A DNA stretch of 64,000 bases, taken from assembly GCF_009914755.1 (NCBI RefSeq), contig NC_060931.1; one strand, written 5' to 3'. Within the stretch, counting starts at the first letter, position 1. The number at the start of each line of letters is the position of its first letter. The DNA comes from the human T2T-CHM13v2.0 reference genome, Homo sapiens. The notes beneath the pieces are model-generated. The model was not told the DNA's origin. It saw nothing but the letters and a program-made list of their open reading frames with translations, and searched no databases. A program made the position numbers and the translations under genes. Of the stretch, positions 55,771 to 64,000 are shown piece by piece.

Positions 55771-56239
55771 TGCTCACAGGTGATCAAAGCCCCGGTGCAT
55801 ATGGAATCTTGAGGTTTTATGGTGCACCCAAACGTTGCTTCCCTTTCAGTTTTTCTATATAAACCAGTGTATAGAGAAGCCCTTTAAAGAGAATAGAATG
55901 GTGGTGTCATTACTCATACCTGCACTCTTGGCTGACCCGAGGATAATTAGCATGGTGAGTCCCAATTAGATTTCAGGAGACAGGATCTGCCCACTGCAGA
56001 TGTACATCTTTATAACAAGCTTTATCATAATAGAGTATGATTACATTTGTTAGTTGCAGTCCTAAAACAGTACTCTGGTGTTATTTTCACATGAAATTAT
56101 AAGACCACTCTTATAGGCATGTGCTTTTTAACTTTACTAATTCGAGGTCATCCACTAAAAAATATTTCTTGACGGCCTCTGTTTTAGGTATTGGAGATGC
56201 TTTGTGACGAGTTCCTTCTCTATAAATTCTCTATGGATT

Positions 56240-56900
56240 TTTTCCTTTCTTATGAGCTGTTTCTTATTAGCTTATAAATTGTCATTATTTCTCCCAACTT
56301 GAAAAACAAAAATCAAAAGAAACTTTTCTTGACTACACATCCCTTTTTAACTACTGGCCCATATATGTTTCTTCATTTACATCGTAACACCTAGAAAATA
56401 CTGTCTGTTCTAATTTTCTCTCCACTTTCTCCACCAGATCTCGTCCAGCTGCAGATTCAAATTATATCCCCCTGCCTACTAACAGCTCCACCTGATGTCC
56501 GCTAGGCACTGAAACTTCCAAAACCCAACTCTTGATCTTCCCACCCATTCCTGCTCTCTGGTACTCTTTCCCATCCCTATAATTGGTGATTCCATGTGTC
56601 TCATCGCTCAGGCCAAGAGCTTTGGCTTTATCCTTAACTGTGCTCTTGTTCTCATATCCCCACCGTCCATTCCATCAGCAAATTGTGTTCCTTTTACCCT
56701 TAAAGTCTATCCAAAATCCAACCATTTTATCTCACCTTTGCTATCCCTGCTCTAATCGACTTCATAAGTAATCTGTCATTCCCAGCTATCTTCCCACTTC
56801 TTTCCCCGGCCACCCCACCTCTACTATCTGCTGTCAACCCAGCAACCAGGGTGATTATTTTAAAACATCAGTCAGAATATATCACCTTTCCAACAATATG
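56240..56900 (+). mobile_element. L2 fragment
   Basis: Pyrimidine-rich L2 body (ctccacctgatgtc; gctcaggccaa; catccattccatcagcaaat-like). Confidence 0.65.
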
Positions 56901-57027
56901 TTCTTCAAGATTTTTTTCATCTAACATGCAACAATTTAGATGAATCTCATCCACATAATGTTGAGTAAAAGAAGCCAGAAGCAAGAGTTCATACTGTATG
57001 ATTGCATTCATTTAAAATACAAAATCA

Positions 57028-57240
57028 GGCCGGGCACAGTGGCTCACGCCTGTAATCCCAGCACTTTGGGAGGCTGAGGAGGGTGGATCACCTGAGCTCA
57101 AGAGTTCGAGACCAGCCTAGCCAACATGGTGAAACCCTGTTTCTACTAAAAATACAAAAAGTAGCTGGACATTCCAGCCTGGGTGACAAGAGCAAAACTC
57201 TGTCTCAAAATAATACATAAATAAATTAATTAATTAAAAA
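57028..57240 (+). mobile_element. AluS with internal right-arm deletion, inside an L1M 3' end (~56920-57430)
   Basis: Left arm intact; jumps from tagctggac to attccagcctgggtgac. Confidence 0.85.
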
Positions 57241-57433
57241 ACAAAACCAGGTAAAACCAATTCTGTGTTGTTAGAAATAAGGATAGTGATTGACAGGACG
57301 GGGGTTGATTGTGACTGCAAGAGAACACCAGGAGGGCTTCTGGGGGCTGGTCTTTTCTATTTCCTGATCTGGGCGCTGGTTGCTCATGTGTATTCAGTTT
57401 GTAAAAATTTAGCAAGTTACACCCTTATGAAGT

Positions 57434-57566
57434 ATTTTGTATTTTTAGTACAGACGGGGTTTCTCCATGTTGGTCAGGCTGGTCTCGAACTCCCGACCTC
57501 AGGTGATCTGCCCACCTTAACCTCCCAAAGTGCTGGGATTACAGGCGTGAGCCACCGTGCCCGGCC
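57434..57566 (-). mobile_element. AluSp left monomer only
   Basis: ggggtttctccatgttggtcaggctggtctcgaactcccgacctcagg...cccggcc. Confidence 0.88.
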
Positions 57567-57640
57567 CAGAAAATTATTCTTCTCCTTTAGACTTACAGTC
57601 TAAGAATTTGTCAGCATTTATAACCATTAGCATTTATAAC

Positions 57641-58216
57641 CAAAGACACAACGTACCAGAATCTCTGGGACACAGCTAAAGCAGTGTGTAGAGGGAAATT
57701 TATAGCACTAAATGCCCACGGGAGAAAGCAGGAAAGATCTAAAATCGACATCTAACATAACAATTAAAAGAACTAGAGAAGCAAGAGCAAACAAATTCAT
57801 AAGCTAGCAGAAGGCAAGAAATAACTAAGATCAGAGCAGAAGCGAAGGAGATAGAGACATGAAAAACCCTTCAAAAAAATCAATGAATCCAGGAGCTGGT
57901 TTTTTGAAAGATTAACAAAATAGATGGACCATTAACCAGACTAGTAAAGATGAAAAGAGAGAAGAATCAAATAGACACAATAAAAAATGATAAAGAGGAT
58001 ATCACCACTGATCCCACAGAAATACAAACTACCATCAGAGAATACTATAAACACCTCTATGCAAATAAGCTAGAAAATCTAGAAGAAATGGATAAATTCC
58101 TGGACACATACACCCTTCCAACACTAAAGCAGGAAGAAGTCGAATCCCTGAATAGACCAATAACAAGTTGTGAAATTGAGGCAGTAATTAATAGCCTGCC
58201 AACCACAAAAAGCCCA
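57641..58216 (+). mobile_element. Internal L1PA ORF2 fragment lacking 3' UTR and poly(A)
   Basis: Encodes [56 protein letters not shown] (L1 ORF2p, between EN and RT); stops abruptly at aaaagccca. Confidence 0.92.
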
Positions 58217-58910
58217 ATAAATCTTTATTGAGCAGTAGGCACTGATCTAGGCATGTGGAATACAGCAGTGAACATGAGCTACAAAAGCTTCTTGGCTGGG
58301 TGCAGTGGCTCATGCCTGTAATCCCAGCATTTTGGGAGGCAGGCAGATCGCTTGAGTCCAGGAGTTCAAAACCAGCTTGGGCAACATAGTGAAATCCTGT
58401 CTGTACAAAAAAATACAAAAATTAGCCAAGCATGGTGGCATGCTCCTATAGTCCTAGCTACTTGGGAGGCTGAGACAGGGAGGATACAGTGAGCCAGGAT
58501 CACGCACTGCGCCCCAGCCTGGGTGACAGAGCGAGACTCTGTCTCAAAAAAATAACAAACAAAAACCACGTAAAAGTAAGTTTTATATAAGTGAGAAAAG
58601 GCCTCATTGAGATGGCATCTGGGCTAGCGCTTGGAAGGAGATAAGGGAAGTAGCCCTGTGTATGTCTGGGAGAAGAGCGTCCTGGTCTGAGGGAATGGAA
58701 AGCAAAGGCCCTGAGGCAGAAGCAGGCTCGGTGTGCACGAGCAAGCACTTGCAAGGAGCACTAGCAAGGAGACAGTGGGATTGAAGAGGAATAGGCCAGG
58801 GCACACGAGCTGGAGATGAGGGCAGAAGCACACCTGGAGCCAGATGGCGAAGGAGCTAGTAGGCCTCTGTAAAGACTTGGGAGTTTCATTCTGCCTGAGA
58901 TTGAGGGTCA
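58217..58910 (-). mobile_element. L2 3' fragment containing an AluJ (+, ~58293-58565)
   Basis: tttattgagc..aggcactg.tctaggca..ggaatacagcagtgaac; later gcaaaggccctgaggcag. Confidence 0.72.
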
Positions 58911-59773
58911 AGGGGGGAGTCATTTTTTTGCCCAGGCTGGTTTGAGTTAGGTTCCAGGTGCTTGTAGTGGCAGGCCATTCATCTTCATTGCTGTAAATAA
59001 ATTTCAGTTTATTATCCATTCTTCTATTGATTGATATTTAGGTGATTTGCAAGACATATTAATTGTAAAGAAACTGAACAAGATATATCCTTTTTTAAAA
59101 AATTGCGTAACTTTTATGACATAACAGGTTAGTTCCAATGACAATCAGACAATCAGTACTCATGGTATACATTAGAGATAAATTATGAGTACATATATAT
59201 TACTGTCAAATAGTAAAGTGTGCAAGGTTGAAAATACAAAGATATGCCAGATAGACTGCTTGCCTTCAAGGACCCTATAGTCTAGTTGGAGATAAGATAT
59301 ATTTGCATATGGAACAGCAATTTGCAAGGACACATATAGGCAACACCAAATAACATCTTAGGCAATTTGCCCCATAAGCATTCTGAAATAGGCAAGATCA
59401 CTTTGTACTCCATTGATACAAGATTTTACAGGGCAGCTGAGAATTTAGCAGAGCCTGAAAACGTACATAGGATTTGGAAAAGCGGAGACAGAATTTGCAG
59501 ACATTATCTGAGCAAGGGAAATAACAAGAAGGCCAGTTTGTGTTTAAGGGGTCTGTGGGTGGTCAGTCTGAGTTAAAGTTTAGGATTCATTTTAAAGCCT
59601 AACAGAGATTTGGATGAATGTAATTCTAAAGTAAAGTAAAGAGCTGCGTTCAAATCTGGGAATATTTATATAGCCCACATTGCTCAATCATTTTGATGTA
59701 TTAATGCCACATTTACCGTTATTCAACCTCAAAGTTCACAAGGCCTAAATGTTTTAAATGTATGTATTTTTAG

Positions 59774-60031
<258 letters not shown>

Positions 60032-61710
60032 CCTTTATGTCTGTTTGCACCTTAACAGCTTTAAAATATGTTCGCCTATTTTATCTAACCTGTTTGATGT
60101 TCTTTGCCGTTTCACTGTTTAAGGTCCTCAGCAAGGATCATAAAGCAAAGAAAATAGCATTATGTTCACTACTCTATTTTTAAGAAAAAGGTACATTTGT
60201 ATACAAATTGAACTTAAGTTCCACTTCCTTTCTCCCATATAATAAATATACAAATTAGGCTATGAAGGTTTTAGGAAAGGACTCGATTCCTTCAGATGGT
60301 CTCTCAAAATATAACACCTCAAATTTATCTTAGAAGAACTGTGAAAAAGAATTGTGGCATTTTTCAGTCACTACAGCTCCGAAGTCTGAGCAAGAAGTGG
60401 GTGTGAAGTCTCCTCTCTGGTTTGTAGGAAGTTGAATTAGTGTTATTCCTGCATTTTTTTCTTCCACAGTGTTTATGAATGAATTCAGAAAAAAAGTTGC
60501 CAGTTAGCTTAATTTCTTCAGATGCATTGATGTGGAAATTTAAAACTTGTCCTAAACAGCAGTGCTAGTTTGCTGATACAAGGATGCTAGACCTGCTCTG
60601 CGTGCTCTTTCTGGAGTGGCCCATTTCGGTTTTCTGAAACCCATGGCAGCCCTTTCCATCGTGAATAATCGTTGTGTTCCCACCTTTGTTCTCTGCCTTT
60701 TTGCTACTTCAGTGTGCTCTCTGACCAGCTTTCCAAAGAACTTTCCCTGCTTCTGCCTCGGTTGCCATTTGCTCTCCTTACCACATATGTTCCCAGTTTA
60801 TGAAGAGATCCACATTTCCTTTCAACCCCTCTGCCTCCTGAAGAAAAACATCTCATGATGATACATATTATTGCTGATAACACCCTTATTTAGAAATTTG
60901 TTGGCCACAATACAGATGGAAATGTTTTACTGCTGGAAAAACTGAAATCAACTCATTTCCAATTAGAGTATAGGCAGAACACCTAGATATGACTTTTAGT
61001 TCTTGAATATCCATTACTTACTTTAATGAAAACAGAACTGCCATTGGTCAATAAACTGTAAAGGGAAGAGGTAAATTGTGATAGAGAATTTTCTATGTCA
61101 TGGGAAATTGAAATCACATTTATTTTGATTACCAGCAATATGATTTATTAACTCTGTGCCAAGTTTTAAGTATATTTTTTCACAAAGATAGAGTGCCATA
61201 GTGAAACTAAACACTGTGCATAAAGGTACATGAATTATTCCAGTTTTAAAGTATTATGCATGTTTGTTTAATAAATGTGGCATGGTTTTAATACAAATGC
61301 TATGTTATTTAAAAGTTAGAGGAACATTTCTATTGACAAAAATATGCTTCATTTACATATAATGTTACCATATGGTGTTAATGATTAAATTAGATCTTTA
61401 CATAGTTCTTACAAAGCATCAGTCTAGGAAATATGACTTATTACTGATGCAAATGTGAACATTTTGTAGTAGTTTTGTAAAAGAACATCCTTTTCAAATA
61501 TCTATGTTAATGTACCCTTGAAATTAAATGCAAGCACATAGTCAGTTTGTCTAATTTTGTGTGAAATTTTGTCGAAAATACCTAAACATTTCATCTATAT
61601 TTGTGCCTACCATGTTATAAATGTTCATAAGTACCTTCATGTGTCTATAAAAAATGTTATATTTAAATAAATGTGAATTAAAATAAAATTTTTGATTATT
61701 TTCAGATCCA
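60032..61710 (+). other. UMAD1: UMAD1 3' UTR (end approximate)
   Basis: Repeat-free AU-rich sequence after the stop, ending at a cluster of poly(A) signals at 61666-61687 followed by T-rich sequence. Confidence 0.75.
61666..61687 (+). terminator. Polyadenylation signal cluster (AATAAA 61666-71, ATTAAA 61677-82, AATAAA 61682-87)
   Basis: Three hexamers within 22 nt with U-rich sequence downstream. Other AATAAA occur at 60241, 61050 and 61270. Confidence 0.7.
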
Positions 61711-62699
61711 GAAAAATGGGTTTGATTGCATTATTTATATCTGAATGCAAGTTGTTAATTCTTTAGGAGCCAAAAAGTTTAAGTATATAGTTTGTATAGT
61801 GCTGGGAAAAATATACGATTTCCTCTTACATGTAAGTTTTAAGGAATAACATTAAAAATGGTAAGATCCCTAGTCCTGGCTTAACAGGACTGGAGGGATT
61901 TGAGAGAGATGACATGAGCATTTCTAGATTGATACCATCATCACAACATTTAGTAAGGGCCAATGTTAATGATCTTCTTCTTTAAACAAAAATATTGTGA
62001 AAATTACCATTTAATTTTTTATTCTGTATATAAATTAATATTTCTATGAAACATTAGAAATCAATAAGTCAACTTCATTTTACCCAAGATAAAATTGAAG
62101 CCTAGAAAGACTAAATGACTTAAATCACTTAGTGATAAATAAATGCCTACTTTAATAGTGTTAGTAATTATAATATATGATAACAAAGCTGTATGATATG
62201 GTGGGAGAGAGTTCAGGCAATTGAGGCAGCCAGACAGAGTTTGTAATGGCTCCCTCCTTTATAAGCTGTGGGGCTTTCAATCAGTCCCCTAACTTCTGGT
62301 GCCCTCAGTTCTCTCAATTGTGAAACACTAATTGTTCATAACTTGTAGCGTTGTGTTAAGTTATAGGTGGTGTATGTCAAATGCCTGGCAGCCTAAAGCC
62401 TTGCACATCATCGGTATTCTGGGAAAGGGATTGTTATAATTCTCGTTATTGACCATACACACACAATACTATAATGAAATGCAAAATACATATTAATTGA
62501 ACTTCTTGAAGAGTAACATAAATAAAACAGCTACCTACGTTAACTGTAGATCCCCCTCCTTCCCAGTTATTTTTTTCCATATTAAATACCTTACTATGAG
62601 AAATATTCCTAAAATATGTTAGTTGACTGTTCTGCCTTAACTAAGAATTCCATAGTGAACATTTTTTTCTTTTTCTCGTTATTACAGTCTTTTTCCTAA

Positions 62700-63054
<355 letters not shown>

Positions 63055-64000
63055 TGAATCTTATTTTTAGCCCTAAAATATATTCAAGAACTTGCATGTA
63101 TTTTTTTCCCAAGCTTTCTTTAAAGACATTTGCATTCTTTCCTAAAAACAGAATGAGAGAGGCGATTCTGACCAATTTATTATCCTGGCTAATTAAATTT
63201 TGATCAACTGAACTTTTAAAATTGTACCATTAAAATGTTAACAAAGCCACAATTTTTATTAACAATTGCAAATCAAATCCGTAATAGTTTTTTAAGGTAA
63301 ATATTCATTGACGTCAACACTTATTTTTTTCTTCTCTTAAAGAAAAATGGTAAATTCAAAACAGTATGAAAAAATTCTTCTAAAATTCCCAGAGATTTCA
63401 TTTCTCATAATTCTAAATGACAGATAAGGAGAAGCAAGGAAAGAATCTCACTCATGTTCTGAAACCGTAGTACATCAGACTACCTCTGTGCCTCCCATGG
63501 TAACAATTGATCAATAAGTGAACACTGCCCTCAGTAATCTAGCAAAGAATATGTTTCTTTCAGAGATTAGTGCGTTATCTTATTAATTATGTCAATAACT
63601 CACACAAAATATAAGTTTATTGGAAATGCAGTTGAAGGATGGTTTATCTTTTAAAGTTTTTGGGAAATACAGGTTTATTGACATTCTCTTTTGAGCATTT
63701 GTCCCATATTACTGAGGGCATGACCTAGGTATTATTGGGAAATCTAAAACTTTCAGAATAAGTCCAATTCCATTCATACTACAGTGGCTTGAAGGATTAA
63801 GTATTCTTATGTTTCAGGAAAAGGACTCTTTTTGCCATATGGTTTGGCAGATAGGCGTGTGTGGGAAAGAGAGAAAGAGGTATTGATTGACGCAGGGAAC
63901 TCTGTTTCAGTCGATGTGACAATATGTCAGTCTTTTAAAAATTTAAATAAACTTTTTATTTTGGAATAGTTTTAGATTCACAGAAAAATTATGAAGGTAC

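Noticed and set aside
57950-58231. 93-aa ORF with clear protein-like sequence
   Set aside because: Remnant of L1 ORF2p inside a truncated fragment with upstream stops; not an independent gene.

Overview
This is AT-rich, CpG-poor primate genomic DNA. An L1HS-Ta insertion and a protein sequence I recall as human UMAD1 indicate human. The window holds about 59.8 kb of one large intron, the terminal coding exon of UMAD1 (UMA-domain ESCRT-I subunit, + strand, 59774-60031), its ~1.7 kb 3' UTR, and ~2.3 kb of downstream flank. The intron is dense with Alu, L1, L2, MIR, MaLR/ERV LTR and DNA-transposon remnants. All other ORFs in the supplied track are repeat-derived or chance. I see no new gene-level biological system. 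Five things stand out. (1) Four short same-orientation, non-tandem local duplications (50-275 bp, about 90% identical); three look like copies pasted into an older repeat 0.7-1.7 kb downstream. (2) A young 5'-truncated L1HS-Ta with an 11-nt tag between two poly(A) tracts and a (TA)n expansion in its 3' target-site duplication (TSD). (3) A twin-primed inverted L1 splitting an AluJ. (4) A tailless internal L1 ORF2 fragment. (5) A full-length MSTA provirus in a nested TE stack. Repeat subfamily names come from recalled consensus sequences, and old-repeat boundaries are approximate; RepeatMasker/Dfam should confirm both.
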